Source: a bacterium
GTDB taxonomy: Bacteria > UBA10199 > 2-02-FULL-44-16 > JAAZCA01
DNA: 64,000 bases
Direction: 5' to 3'
Assembly: GCA_963674695.2 (NCBI GenBank)
Contig: CAXXGI010000002.1
Span: 736,001-800,000 of the forward strand
Positions 28,912 to 38,814 of the stretch are shown in pieces; the stretch's first letter is position 1; every line of letters begins with the position of its first letter. The notes under the pieces are model-generated. The model was not told the origin of the DNA. It did not search any database and saw only the letters and a list, made by a program, of their open reading frames with translations. The position numbers and the translations under genes were made by a program.

Positions 28912-30105
28912 TCAGCGGGCGCCGATCGCCCTTGCGGCCTGCGCGTTCAGCTGAAATTCGATTCCCGCCGACGAAACCGCCCCGGTGGGTTGAAACGAGG
29001 TACCCCCATCCACCGGATCGGCCGGGTTCCGAAAGAGTAGGAAGTATTCGAAATGGGTGATGTTCGGCCCACTGCTGTCGGTTCGTTCATCGTCTTCGTT
29101 CGCGCCCGGGTTGACGACCTTTCCCGCCGCATGCCGGCCCCCATCGACCGTGCGGTCAGCCAGGATCGCCAGATACGCATCGAGCGTCATGGTCTCAGCC
29201 GCGACAGCGATGATCACTTTTCCCGTGTGTCGATTGACCACACCTCCACCGGCGAGCGTGACCACGCCGGCGATCTTGGGCGGGTTGCCGCCGGCAAAAT
29301 AGCGATCGTCGACATAGTCGGGATTGACCGTGCTGGTCCCGTCGTCATCCTCGTTATTTTTCTCTTCTTCGATGCGCTCGAGGTAGTCGTCATACTCTCC
29401 TTTTGCTACCTTCGCTTTGTCTCTATGTTTTTGCGCTGCATCTCTATATTCTTGTGCTTGAGCTGCATCCTTAGTCCCTTTGGCAGCAGCATCATAGGCA
29501 TCGGCGCGGTCTCTGTTGTTAAAATATCTACCAAGGGCGGCTTGGCTCCATCGTTGATACAATTGCAGGAGAGTGGCCCTTCCTCCCGCACCGTGACGGA
29601 AGCTCATCGCCCCTCCGGCCTCCCTTCTCATCTGATCGCGGGCGTTTAATCCCCCGCTCTGCCAGCGATTGAGCTGGCGCTGCGCGTTGAGGTTGCGTTC
29701 GGCTTCAAGGCGACGATCCACCCCCAAGCGCTGTGACCAATCCAAAGACCATTGGCGTTGCGTGCTTAAGGGGATCTCCTGGCGCAGGCCGCCGCGGCCG
29801 ATCGACGGCGTGACCCGCCCGCTCGCCTCAGACGGCGATGTGGAGGCCAAAACCGCCAGCGGTTTGTCGTCGATATCGAAGAAGACGACGGCATCGGAGT
29901 CGGGCTGCACCTCGCAGGGCAGCGTGATCGTCTGGCGCCGTTGCCCATCGACGACGAGCGTGTAGGTCTCGTTGACGCAGAGAAACTTCGACCATGCCGA
30001 GATCGAACTCGGTGCCGGCGCGGAGGCGGCCTGAGCCATCGCGGCGGTCAATACGATGACAATCACTCCGGTGCACAATGTTATGGAACGGATCGTGGTC
30101 TTCAT
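28912..30105 (-). CDS. Secreted hypothetical protein with a low-GC internal coiled segment
   Basis: Sec signal peptide MKTTIRSITLCTGVIVIVLTAAMAQA; GGAGG RBS; upstream TGcTATAAT. Confidence 0.75.
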   Translation of the reverse strand: MKTTIRSITLCTGVIVIVLTAAMAQAASAPAPSSISAWSKFLCVNETYTLVVDGQRRQTITLPCEVQPDSDAVVFFDIDDKPLAVLASTSPSEASGRVTPSIGRGGLRQEIPLSTQRQWSLDWSQRLGVDRRLEAERNLNAQRQLNRWQSGGLNARDQMRREAGGAMSFRHGAGGRATLLQLYQRWSQAALGRYFNNRDRADAYDAAAKGTKDAAQAQEYRDAAQKHRDKAKVAKGEYDDYLERIEEEKNNEDDDGTSTVNPDYVDDRYFAGGNPPKIAGVVTLAGGGVVNRHTGKVIIAVAAETMTLDAYLAILADRTVDGGRHAAGKVVNPGANEDDERTDSSGPNITHFEYFLLFRNPADPVDGGTSFQPTGAVSSAGIEFQLNAQAARAIGAR

Positions 30106-30461
30106 GGTTTCCTCCACGTGTGTGATACGGATGACATCCAGTCCGGCTTCTCACCACCCCTATATTATAGCAAGTATTGGGCCATATTCCTGTCTGTTGA
30201 TCGATCAATAGGGGGGAGCGATGAAATGCGCGGTGGTCGTCAAGATGGGCCCCCTGTGTTCCACGGTTGAATCCTATTCTAACAGGGTTTTCGGTTGGGT
30301 GCAGGGGCGCAGTTGTTCTCGGGGCCGAACGAGTGAAGACAAATGTCTACACGGGGCGGCAGCGTTATAATGCGTGTAATAACGATAGGTTGGGAAGCAT
30401 TCACCTGGAGGTCTGGTCGGATGCCCGTGATAATGATAGGGTCGCTTCGATCGGAGGGACG

Positions 30462-31841
30462 ATGCACAAGACCGTTATCGGCAACGCGACCATTTCGACG
30501 GGCTCGGGCGATGAGACCCGCCGCGTGCACCTGGCGATCGACGACGGGCGCATCGCCGAGATCCTCGATGCCGATGGGCCCGCACCGCAGGCCGACGAAT
30601 GCATTGATGCCGACGGTCTTCTCGTCCTGCCGGGTGCGATCGATTCACACGTCCATTTCGATACCCCCGGTTATACCGAGCGCGAGGACTTCACCTCCGC
30701 CTCCATGAACGCCGCCGCGGGCGGCGTGACCACCGTCATCGACATGCCCGATACCTGCGTGCCACCGGTGACGACGCTGGCGAACTTCGAGCGCAAGCTC
30801 TCGGCGCTCGCCCCGCTCTCCGTCATCGACTTTGCCCTCTGGGGCGGCATCTCCGGGAACAGTATTTGTGAAGAGTGGTGGCACGACGAGACCGCACATC
30901 TCTGGCGCGCGGGGGTCGTCGGCTTCAAGATCTATCTCATCTCGTCGATGGAGAGTTTTCGCGCGCTCTCCTTCATCGAGACGGGGCAGGCCTTGGCGCA
31001 TGCGGCAAAGATCGGCGCGCTCGTCGGCGTGCATGCCGAGGATCGCGACCTGATCGAAGAGCGCACGTCGAAACTGATGGCTGAGGGGAATGATTCATGT
31101 GAGGCCTATTACGCATCGCGCGCCGACCCGGCCGAGGAGCGGGGGGTGGCGGCAGCCGTGCGCTTGGGGCTCACGACCCACGCGCGCATGCACATCGTGC
31201 ACGTGGCCGGACGTCTCGCCGCCGCACAGGTGATGGCGGCGCGAAAGGCCGGCCTCGATATCACGATGGAGACCTGCCCGCACTATCTCGCCTTTACGCA
31301 CGAGGATTTCACGCAGTACGGCTCCGTGCTCAAGTGCGCGCCGGTCGTGAAGACTGCCGAGGATCGCGACGCCCTCTGGCATCTGCTCGCCGACGGCGCG
31401 ATCGATTTTGTCGCCACCGACCACGCGCCGTGTCCGCCGGCCGAGAAAGAAACCGGGAGCATCTGGACCGACTACAGCGGACTCCCCGGTGTTGCCTGGC
31501 GCGTGCCGTATCTCTTCTCCGATGGATACAAACAGGGGCGGCTCACCCTCGCGCGCGTGATCGAGGTGACCTCCGCTGCAGCAGCAAAACGCTTCGGACT
31601 CGCGCCGCGCAAAGGCGCGATCGCCGTGGGGGCCGATGCGGATCTCGCCTTCATCGATCCGAAGGCGACCTGGACGGTCACGGGTGAATCGTTCGGCAAT
31701 CGCGGGCACCTCACGCCGTTTGCGGGACGGACATTCACCGGAAAGGTTGTGCGGACGATCTGCCGCGGAACGACGATCTTTCATGATGATCGGATTGCGG
31801 TCCAACCGGGATTCGGACAATTCATTCGGCGGGCAGTGTGA
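30462..31841 (+). CDS. Cyclic amidohydrolase (allantoinase/dihydropyrimidinase family)
   Basis: IDSHVHFDTPG..REDF..AAAGGVTTVIDMP, GFKIY, VHAED, ETCPHYL, ATDHAPC. Confidence 0.88.
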   Translation: MHKTVIGNATISTGSGDETRRVHLAIDDGRIAEILDADGPAPQADECIDADGLLVLPGAIDSHVHFDTPGYTEREDFTSASMNAAAGGVTTVIDMPDTCVPPVTTLANFERKLSALAPLSVIDFALWGGISGNSICEEWWHDETAHLWRAGVVGFKIYLISSMESFRALSFIETGQALAHAAKIGALVGVHAEDRDLIEERTSKLMAEGNDSCEAYYASRADPAEERGVAAAVRLGLTTHARMHIVHVAGRLAAAQVMAARKAGLDITMETCPHYLAFTHEDFTQYGSVLKCAPVVKTAEDRDALWHLLADGAIDFVATDHAPCPPAEKETGSIWTDYSGLPGVAWRVPYLFSDGYKQGRLTLARVIEVTSAAAAKRFGLAPRKGAIAVGADADLAFIDPKATWTVTGESFGNRGHLTPFAGRTFTGKVVRTICRGTTIFHDDRIAVQPGFGQFIRRAV

Positions 31842-31859
31842 ATGAGGAAGAAGCATATG

Positions 31860-31938
31860 AGCTTGGGATCCTGGGAACCGGGGGGCCTGAGAATCTGAAC
31901 ACCGATCCAGGCTCCCAGGCACTCGGGATCACAGGATC
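31860..31938. repeat. Two-armed degenerate 8-mer tandem element (CCTGGGAT-like / CCCAGG-like)
   Basis: cttgggatcctgggaaccggggggcctgaga...atccaggctcccaggcactcgggatcacagg. Confidence 0.5.
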
Positions 31939-31951
31939 AAGGAGATCATCT

Positions 31952-33145
31952 ATGGCATCGAATGCAGCGAAAATAATGGAGCTCGCGAAGAAGGAAGAGG
32001 AGTCCATCGCGAAGTTTTTGGCCGACATCGTTTCGATCCCGTCGCTCTCCGGAAAGGAGAAGGCGGTCGTCGAACGCATCGGCGCTGAAATGGATGCCGC
32101 CGGTTTTGACGAGGTGCGCGTCGATGGGTTGGGCTCGATCATCGGTCGCATCGGCAGCGGCAAGACGATCATCGCCATGGATGCCCACATCGACACGGTC
32201 GACGTGGGCAATCCGGACAACTGGAGTTTCAAGCCGCATCAATCCTTCATCAAGGACGGCAAGGTCTGGGGGCGGGGGAGCGCCGATCAGAAGGGCGGCA
32301 TGGCCTCGATGGTCTCTGCCGGAAAGATGATCAAGAAACTGGGGCTCGAAGGGGACTATACGCTGCTCGTCACCGGCACGGTGATGGAGGAGGACTGCGA
32401 CGGCCTCTGTTGGGACTATCTCATCCGCGAGGAGAACGTCCGTCCCGATGTCTGTGTGATCACGGAACCCACGGGGCTCAAGATCTATCGTGGCCATCGC
32501 GGCCGCATGGAGATCGAGGCGCGGGTCGCGGGCGTCTCCGCGCATGGCTCCGCACCCGAGCGGGGCGAGAATGCGATCTACAAGATGGCGCCGCTGATCA
32601 CCGAGATCGAAAAGCTCAACGAGCGACTGAAGAAGGACGACTTCCTCGGCAAGGGGACGGTGGCCATGAGCGACATCCGCTCCACCTCGCCCTCGTTCTG
32701 CGCGGTGGCCGACTCCTGTCGCGTCTACCTCGACCGGCGCCTCACCGCTGGCGAAACCAAGGAGACGGCGGTGGCCGAGATCAAGGCGATCGTCGAGGGT
32801 GTCGGTGGGGTCGTGAGCATTCCCGTCTACAACCGCCCGGGCTACACGGGGAAGATCTTTCCGATGGAGAAGTATTATCCCACCTGGGTGATTCCCGAGG
32901 AGCACCCGGCGGTGCAGGCGGCGGCGACGTCCTGCCGCGATCTCTTTGGGAGCGTACCGAAGATCGACAAGTGGACCTTCTCGACCAATGGCATCGCCCT
33001 CTGTGGTCTGCACGGCATTCCCTGTGTCGGCTTCGGTCCCGGCTTCGAGGAACAGGCCCACGCGCCGGACGAGTTCACCCCCACCGAACACCTCTGGAAG
33101 GCGTCAGCGTTCTACGCACAATTCCCGCAGGTGTACGGAGCGTGA
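31952..33145 (+). CDS. ygeY: YgeY-family M20 metallohydrolase
   Basis: DAHIDTV, GRGSADQKGG, TVMEEDCDGLCW, YRGHRGRME, KWTFSTNG, QAHAPDE. Confidence 0.88.
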   Translation: MASNAAKIMELAKKEEESIAKFLADIVSIPSLSGKEKAVVERIGAEMDAAGFDEVRVDGLGSIIGRIGSGKTIIAMDAHIDTVDVGNPDNWSFKPHQSFIKDGKVWGRGSADQKGGMASMVSAGKMIKKLGLEGDYTLLVTGTVMEEDCDGLCWDYLIREENVRPDVCVITEPTGLKIYRGHRGRMEIEARVAGVSAHGSAPERGENAIYKMAPLITEIEKLNERLKKDDFLGKGTVAMSDIRSTSPSFCAVADSCRVYLDRRLTAGETKETAVAEIKAIVEGVGGVVSIPVYNRPGYTGKIFPMEKYYPTWVIPEEHPAVQAAATSCRDLFGSVPKIDKWTFSTNGIALCGLHGIPCVGFGPGFEEQAHAPDEFTPTEHLWKASAFYAQFPQVYGA

Positions 33146-33206
33146 GGGTTTCCCCTCTTGTCTTGCACGAAGAATCGCGATACGTTTGCCGACACAGGAG
33201 GAGACC

Positions 33207-34223
33207 ATGGATCTCACATCGCTCAAGGGGAAACACTTCATCACGACGCAGGATTGGAGCAAGGCCGAGCTCGATCATGCGCTGGCGCAGTCGTTCGAGT
33301 TCAAGGAGCTTAAAAAAAGGAACGTCATCACCGACTGGCTTACCAACCAGACGCTCTTCATGATGTTCTTCGAGCAATCCACCCGTACGCGCAATTCGAT
33401 GGGCTGCGGTATCACGCAGCTCGGGGGCAATTCGCATGATCTGACCCCCGACAAGATGCAGCTTTCCCACGGCGAGAGCGCCAAGGACACGGCGATCGTC
33501 CTCTCGCGCATGGGATATGCGATCGCCTGCCGGAACTGTTTCTATGGGATCGGCAATGCGTACTTGCGCGAGATGGCCAAACACGCGACCATTCCGGTCA
33601 TGTCGCTGCAGGACGACTTCTATCACCCGATGCAGGTCATGGCCGATACGATGGTCATGCAGGAGAAGTTCGGCAAGGATCTCAAAGGCCTCAAGGTGAC
33701 GGTCAGCTGGGCCTACGCCGAGAGTCATGCCAAGCCGCTCTCCGTGCCGCAGTCACAGATTCTCATGTTCCCGCGCTATGGCATCGATGTGACGGTGGCC
33801 GCCCCGAAAGAATTTCCGCTGATGCCGGAGATCGTGAAGACCGCCGAGGCGAATGCCAAGGAGGGCGGCGGCAGCATCCGCTTCGTCGACGACATGGACG
33901 CCGGCTTTGAGGGCGCGCAGGTGGTCATCCCCAAGAACTGGGGCGGGTTCGCGCACTTCGATCGCTGGGAGGATTCCGACGCGCAGAAGAATGAAATGAA
34001 GGCCAATCTCGGCAAACATAAGGATTGGATCTGCGACGAGCGCAGGATGAAGCTTGCCGACCCCGACGTGAAATACATGCACGCCCTCCCGGCCGACCGC
34101 GGCCGCGAGGTAACCGACGCCGTGATCGACAACGAGAAGTGGTCGATCATCTACGACGAGGCGGAGAATCGCCTGCACACCGCAAAGGCCATCATGGCCC
34201 TCACGATGGGAGCCGCTCGATAG
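33207..34223 (+). CDS. ygeW: YgeW-like carbamoyltransferase
   Basis: STRTRNS, HGESAKDT, HPMQ, SWAYAESHAKPLSVPQS (YgeW-type loop), HALPAD, EAENRLH. Confidence 0.75.
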   Translation: MDLTSLKGKHFITTQDWSKAELDHALAQSFEFKELKKRNVITDWLTNQTLFMMFFEQSTRTRNSMGCGITQLGGNSHDLTPDKMQLSHGESAKDTAIVLSRMGYAIACRNCFYGIGNAYLREMAKHATIPVMSLQDDFYHPMQVMADTMVMQEKFGKDLKGLKVTVSWAYAESHAKPLSVPQSQILMFPRYGIDVTVAAPKEFPLMPEIVKTAEANAKEGGGSIRFVDDMDAGFEGAQVVIPKNWGGFAHFDRWEDSDAQKNEMKANLGKHKDWICDERRMKLADPDVKYMHALPADRGREVTDAVIDNEKWSIIYDEAENRLHTAKAIMALTMGAAR

Positions 34224-34228
34224 CAAAG

Positions 34229-34297
34229 GGCCGAGGGACGAAGGACGAAGAAGCTCTATCGTCCGAGATCCCGGAGTGATCGGTCGTCCTTCGTCTT
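34229..34297. repeat. Two-armed degenerate 7-mer element (GGACGAA / TTCGTCC)
   Basis: ggccgagggacgaaggacgaag...tcgtccttcgtc; the same unit occurs inside the UDG gene. Confidence 0.55.
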
Positions 34298-34356
34298 AGC
34301 GAACGGAGTGAGCGATCGTCCATCATTCATGATATTTTCATCAAGCGGAGGTCTTT

Positions 34357-34578
34357 ATGGGTTTTTTCAAGATCAACACCGAGTATCTCACCGAAAAACG
34401 CGTGAAGTGGTATTTCCTCATCGACCTCATCCTCGGTGCGGCCGCCCTCGGCGTCGCCATGGAGCTCTATGGTACCAAGTGGTCGCTCATGTGCGCGGTC
34501 GTCTCCGTCATCTGTCTCGTCGATTCTTGCCTCTTGCGCTATGCGTATGAGGTCAAGAAGACAGTAGAAAATCGATGA
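34357..34578 (+). CDS. Small two-TM membrane protein
   Basis: GGAGG RBS; 73 aa with two hydrophobic helices. Confidence 0.6.
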   Translation: MGFFKINTEYLTEKRVKWYFLIDLILGAAALGVAMELYGTKWSLMCAVVSVICLVDSCLLRYAYEVKKTVENR

Positions 34579-34647
34579 TATCTTTTTCGTATCACATGGA
34601 AATCACAGGCGAATTTTAGATATTGATTCATATGTGTATATATATGC

Positions 34648-34671
34648 ATTACTGAATATATATTCGGTAAT
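34648..34671. promoter_or_regulatory. Near-perfect 24-bp palindrome in AT-rich promoter, putative operator
   Basis: ATTACTGAATATATATTCGGTAAT upstream of the XRE-HTH gene. Confidence 0.55.
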
Positions 34672-34707
34672 TGCTTTATATATCAAGCTGTTGTATTGTT
34701 TTTTTGT

Positions 34708-35403
34708 ATGGAAACGGTCGAGATAAGAGAGTTTCGTCTTCGTATCGGACGGGCGATTCGTTCCTTGAGGGAGAAGGAGGGGATCAGTTCGCGTTTTTTG
34801 GCCAAGGTTCTTGGCGTGACCCAGCCGACGATCTCCCGTATCGAAAACGGGACGACATCCCTATCCGCAGAACGCCTCTGTTTTCTCGCTCGCGTCTACA
34901 ATCGGCCGCTCTCCTCTTTTGTTGGCGAACAGAGTCCCCTGGTTCACAGCGAGGAGGATATCCTGCGTGCTGCAGCTGTTCATTTTGGAGCTCGTCATCT
35001 CAAGTGCAAGCGGACCATCGATGTGCACGAACACTACAAGACCTATGCTGATTTTCTTCGTGCGGCTTTGAGTGTTGTCGAACAGCCGCGTTTTGCTGCA
35101 GCTGTGGCAGCGACGCTCTATCAGCAGGCCGCGCATGACGCCATCAATGTTACGCGCATTATCACCAGCCTTCCCCATGAACGGCTTGTGGTGAACCTTC
35201 GCGAGCTTCTTCGATTCGTCATCGCCTGCGTTCCTTCGATTGATCGCTCTGCGACGGAAAAGCGGCGCGTGCGCTCAGTTCTGCAGAAGCTCAACCAGGC
35301 GCTTGGGCACGCATCGGAAGTGGAACAGGGGCACAGCGATGTTCCAGAGATGAGTGCTGCGTTTTTTATGCCATTCGTCAACGCGGAGTCCGCTCATGGA
35401 TGA
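34708..35403 (+). CDS. XRE-family HTH protein with an extended C-terminal domain (putative antitoxin)
   Basis: IRSLREKEGISSRFLAKVLGVTQPTISRIENG; overlaps the next gene (ATGGATGA). Confidence 0.82.
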   Translation: METVEIREFRLRIGRAIRSLREKEGISSRFLAKVLGVTQPTISRIENGTTSLSAERLCFLARVYNRPLSSFVGEQSPLVHSEEDILRAAAVHFGARHLKCKRTIDVHEHYKTYADFLRAALSVVEQPRFAAAVAATLYQQAAHDAINVTRIITSLPHERLVVNLRELLRFVIACVPSIDRSATEKRRVRSVLQKLNQALGHASEVEQGHSDVPEMSAAFFMPFVNAESAHG

Positions 35404-36022
35404 TGCCTATGTCACATTCTTGAGGAATATTGATGCCGCCGTCCGGGAACGATTTCATCCCTTGCAACTCGAGCTGAGTATCGTCGGTTTTACGGCGCTT
35501 GCCCTTGCCGGGATGACGGATAGGGGGACCAAGGATATCGATGCCCTGAGGGGGGCTGCTTTTTTCGATGAGAAACAATCGGACGCCCTTGATTATCTTG
35601 TGGCTGAGTTTGGCCGGGGCAGTGCCGGTGCTCTTCGGTATGGAATGTACCTGGACCTCGTTCCACAGGAGATTATCTGGCTTCCGCCACACCCACGATT
35701 TCTCCCCGGATTTCGGTTGGATCATATCGAAGTGCGTCGACTCGATCCGATCGATGTGTGTGTTTCAAAAACCTTTTCGAACTTTCAAAGAAAGCAGGAT
35801 CGGGCAAACGACCGAACGGACATCATGCAGGCGTTGCATGAACAGATCATGTCTTTTGATAGCTACGTTTCCCGCCTGGATGAGTCGTTCCCTCGATACG
35901 AGTGTCATGCACAGGCGCCGGAGGTCTTTCCGCGCGTGATCGCTTTCATCGAAGAGATGCGACCCCTCTATGGCCAGGCTCGACTGAGTTATTCGATTCC
36001 AAGCTGGATGGAGAATATGTAG
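35396..36022 (+). CDS. DUF6036/AbiEii-like nucleotidyltransferase (putative toxin)
   Basis: IVGFTALAL...RGTKDID...DPIDVCVSK...NDRTDI. Confidence 0.72.
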   Translation: MDDAYVTFLRNIDAAVRERFHPLQLELSIVGFTALALAGMTDRGTKDIDALRGAAFFDEKQSDALDYLVAEFGRGSAGALRYGMYLDLVPQEIIWLPPHPRFLPGFRLDHIEVRRLDPIDVCVSKTFSNFQRKQDRANDRTDIMQALHEQIMSFDSYVSRLDESFPRYECHAQAPEVFPRVIAFIEEMRPLYGQARLSYSIPSWMENM

Positions 36023-36073
36023 ATATCTTGATATCGATGGTTTTCTATGATCGTATCACGGAGAGGTTTTCAC

Positions 36074-37327
36074 ATGCCCGAAGAAGGTTATAACTCGCAG
36101 CAGGCGCTCCTGGAAGCTAACCGCTGTCTGATGTGCGCCGATGCCCCCTGCACCTGCGACTGCCCCGCAGGGGTGGATGCGCGCGCCTTCATCCGTAAGA
36201 TTCGGTTCGACAATCTCGATGGTGCGGTGCGTCTGCTCAAGCGCGCGAATGTGCTGGCCGCCTCCTGTGCGCGGATCTGTCCGACGGGAACGCTCTGTGC
36301 CAAGGGGTGCACGGCCGCGGGGCTTTCCACCCCGATCGACATCGGGGGACTGCAGCAGTTCGTGATGGATTGGGAGCGCGCCCACGGCATGATCGAACCG
36401 CGCGTTCCGGTTCAAAACGGCAGGCGCGTCGCGATCATCGGTTCCGGTCCGGCGGGGCTCGGGTGTGCCGCTGAACTTGCCATTCGCGGGCATATCGTCA
36501 CCGTCTTTGAGCGGCGCGACATGCTCGGCGGGATGCTTCGACGCTGCATCCCGGCCTTTCGCCTTCCCGACGATGTTCTCGACTTCGAAATCGCATTCCT
36601 CAAGAACCTCGGGATCGCGTTCGTGACGGAACACGAAGTTGCCGATCCGCGCGAGCTGCTCCAGAAGGACTTCGAGGCGGTCTTCCTCGCCACGGGTCTG
36701 CATCGCGCGCGCGGAGGAGATCTTGCCGGCATGGAGCTCTCCGGTGCCCATCAGGCGATCGACTACCTCCAGGCGGTCAAGGATGGCAATGCGCCCTCGA
36801 TCGGAAGGCGCGCTGTGGTCATCGGCGGTGGTGACACCGCGCTCGATGCCGCGCGTACAGCGCGTGCGCAGGGCGCCGAATGTTTCCTCCTGTACCGCAA
36901 GCCGCAGGCCGAGATGCCCGCCTATCCCAACGAAGTAGACGACGCCTGGAACGAGGGCGTCGAGTTCTACTTCCGTGTCGTCGTGCAGCAGATTCTCGGG
37001 AAGGAGAAGGTCGAAGGCGTGCGCTGTATGCGCGTGAAGTGGCAACCGAAGCAGGCGGGCGGCAAGCGCACATATGATGTCGAGGCGACGGCGTTCGACA
37101 TCGCCTGCGACGCGGTGCTCATGGCCATCGGCCAGGGGGCGGAGTCGACCTTCGAACTGGCGACGGCGCCGAACGCGCTGATCGCCGTCGATTCCGAGAT
37201 GATGACTTCGACGCCCGGCCTCTTCGCTGGAGGCGATGCGGTGATGGGCGGCGGTACCGCCGCACGCGCGGTGGGGCAGGGCCGCCTTGCGGCGACGCAC
37301 ATCGACGCGTTTGTGAAAGGATTGTAA
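36074..37327 (+). CDS. preT: Dihydropyrimidine dehydrogenase subunit PreT-like (GltD-like FAD/Fe-S)
   Basis: [43 protein letters not shown]. Confidence 0.8.
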   Translation: MPEEGYNSQQALLEANRCLMCADAPCTCDCPAGVDARAFIRKIRFDNLDGAVRLLKRANVLAASCARICPTGTLCAKGCTAAGLSTPIDIGGLQQFVMDWERAHGMIEPRVPVQNGRRVAIIGSGPAGLGCAAELAIRGHIVTVFERRDMLGGMLRRCIPAFRLPDDVLDFEIAFLKNLGIAFVTEHEVADPRELLQKDFEAVFLATGLHRARGGDLAGMELSGAHQAIDYLQAVKDGNAPSIGRRAVVIGGGDTALDAARTARAQGAECFLLYRKPQAEMPAYPNEVDDAWNEGVEFYFRVVVQQILGKEKVEGVRCMRVKWQPKQAGGKRTYDVEATAFDIACDAVLMAIGQGAESTFELATAPNALIAVDSEMMTSTPGLFAGGDAVMGGGTAARAVGQGRLAATHIDAFVKGL

Positions 37328-38538
37328 TGTATCCGGAACCCAAAGTTGATCTCAGCGTCTCTTTCTGTGGTGTTTCGTTTGCCAACCCCTTCATCCTCGC
37401 TGCGGCACCGCCTTCCGATGAGCAGGATATGGTCGCCGATGCCTTTCGCGCGGGGTGGGCCGGTGCGGTCCTCAAGACTGCGACGGTCGAGAGCGAACCG
37501 GTCGATCTCGTCTATCCGATGATGAGCGGCCTGGATGCAGGGCCCGAGCGCCTCATCGGTATGGGCAACATCGATCTGGTGAGCGAATACCATATCGACG
37601 TCGTCGAAAAGCGTATCGTCGAACTCAAAAAAGAATTTCCCGACAAGCGCGTCATCTGTTCGATCAGTGGCCAGTCCGAGGAAACCTGGAAGGAACTCGC
37701 GGCGCGGGCGGCGAGCGCGGGTGCCGATTGCATCGAGTGCAGCTTCTCCTGTCCGCAGGGGTCGATGGGCCTCAAGCCCGGCATGATGCTCGGCCAGGAT
37801 GCGGTCGCCAGTGCCAGTGCTGCCGGTTGGATCAAGGCGGCCTCAGGGGATGTGCCGGTCATCATCAAGCTCACCCCACAGGTCGCCGACATCGTCGAGA
37901 TCGTTCGCGCGGTCAAGGATGCGGGGGCCGATGCGGTCTGTCTCGGCAACACGATGCCCTCGCTCATGGGGGTTGATCCCGTGAGCTTCGTTCCGATTCC
38001 CAACGTCGGTGGCAAGTCGACCTATTCGGGGCTCTCCGGTTCTGCGGTCCGCCCGATCTCGCTGCGCGCATTGGCGCTCGCCTCCAAGGAGGTCGGCATT
38101 CCACTCGCGGGAAGCGGCGGGGCCATCACCTGGAAAGACGCGTTGGAATTTCTGCTGGTGGGCGCCACGGTCGTCGAGTTCTGTACGGCGGTCATGCACT
38201 ATGGCGTCGACATCATCGAGGATCTGACCGAAGGCCTGGCCTTTCACCTCGAACGCCGAGGCATCGCATCGGTGCAAGAGGTCATCGGCGCGGCCCTGCC
38301 TCACATCGTCGCGCACGAGGAGCTTCCACGCGATGGGAAGTGGCGTCCCGCCATCGATCTCGATCGGTGTGTGCGCTGCGACGCCTGCATGATCGCCTGC
38401 CGCGACGGCGGCCATCGTGCGATCACGGTCGATGCGGAGCGCACGCCGATCATCGACGACGAGAAGTGCGTCGGCTGCGCCCTCTGCTCGGTCATGTGCC
38501 CCGTGCGCTGTATCGAGATGCAGGAACAGGGAAAGTGA
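37327..38538 (+). CDS. preA: Dihydropyrimidine dehydrogenase subunit PreA-like (FMN plus 2x4Fe-4S)
   Basis: NPFILAAAPPS, GWAGAVLKT, FSCPQG, KLTP, C-terminal CVRCDACMIAC and CVGCALCSVMCP. Confidence 0.85.
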   Translation: MYPEPKVDLSVSFCGVSFANPFILAAAPPSDEQDMVADAFRAGWAGAVLKTATVESEPVDLVYPMMSGLDAGPERLIGMGNIDLVSEYHIDVVEKRIVELKKEFPDKRVICSISGQSEETWKELAARAASAGADCIECSFSCPQGSMGLKPGMMLGQDAVASASAAGWIKAASGDVPVIIKLTPQVADIVEIVRAVKDAGADAVCLGNTMPSLMGVDPVSFVPIPNVGGKSTYSGLSGSAVRPISLRALALASKEVGIPLAGSGGAITWKDALEFLLVGATVVEFCTAVMHYGVDIIEDLTEGLAFHLERRGIASVQEVIGAALPHIVAHEELPRDGKWRPAIDLDRCVRCDACMIACRDGGHRAITVDAERTPIIDDEKCVGCALCSVMCPVRCIEMQEQGK

Positions 38539-38549
38539 GCAGCTGTATG

Positions 38550-38639
38550 TGTCATCCCGAGCGAAGCCCGGAGGGCGCAGTCGAGGGATCTCATGAGATC
38601 CCTCCACGCGTTCGCGTTGCTCACTTGGTCGGGATGACA
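38550..38639. repeat. REP-like doublet, family B
   Basis: TGTCATCCCGAGCG..GTCGAGGGATCTCATGAGATCCCTCC..GTCGGGATGACA. Confidence 0.8.
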
Positions 38640-38706
38640 GCTCAAGCAGGTCGTTATCCACTTGATAGGTGGATCACCTGAATAGTTGCCAAAATGTTTA
38701 TAATGA

Positions 38707-38784
38707 GCCGCCGCGAGGGGAAATCATTTGCGTCTGGAACAAGCTTCATCTGTGAAGATGCAAATGATTTCCCCGGAAGGCGGC
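38707..38784 (+). repeat. Structured hairpin element, family C (copy 1)
   Basis: GCCGCCGCGAGGGGAAATCATTTGCGTC..GATGCAAATGATTTCCCC..GGCGGC; inverted copy at 41878-41954. Confidence 0.8.
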
Positions 38785-38814
38785 ATCAATAGCTGAGTTT
38801 TTAGAGGTGTTCTC

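Noticed and set aside
8715-29565. Diversity-generating retroelement explanation for the low-GC patches
   Set aside because: No reverse transcriptase, no template/variable repeat pair, and the patches are A-rich rather than A-depleted
30120-30460. Possible purine or other riboswitch upstream of the cyclic amidohydrolase
   Set aside because: No purine, xanthine or guanidine riboswitch consensus recognisable by eye; an Infernal/Rfam scan would settle it
31952-38538. Selenocysteine recoding in the selenium-linked yge-type genes
   Set aside because: No in-frame TGA interrupts a conserved domain; the proteins are full length
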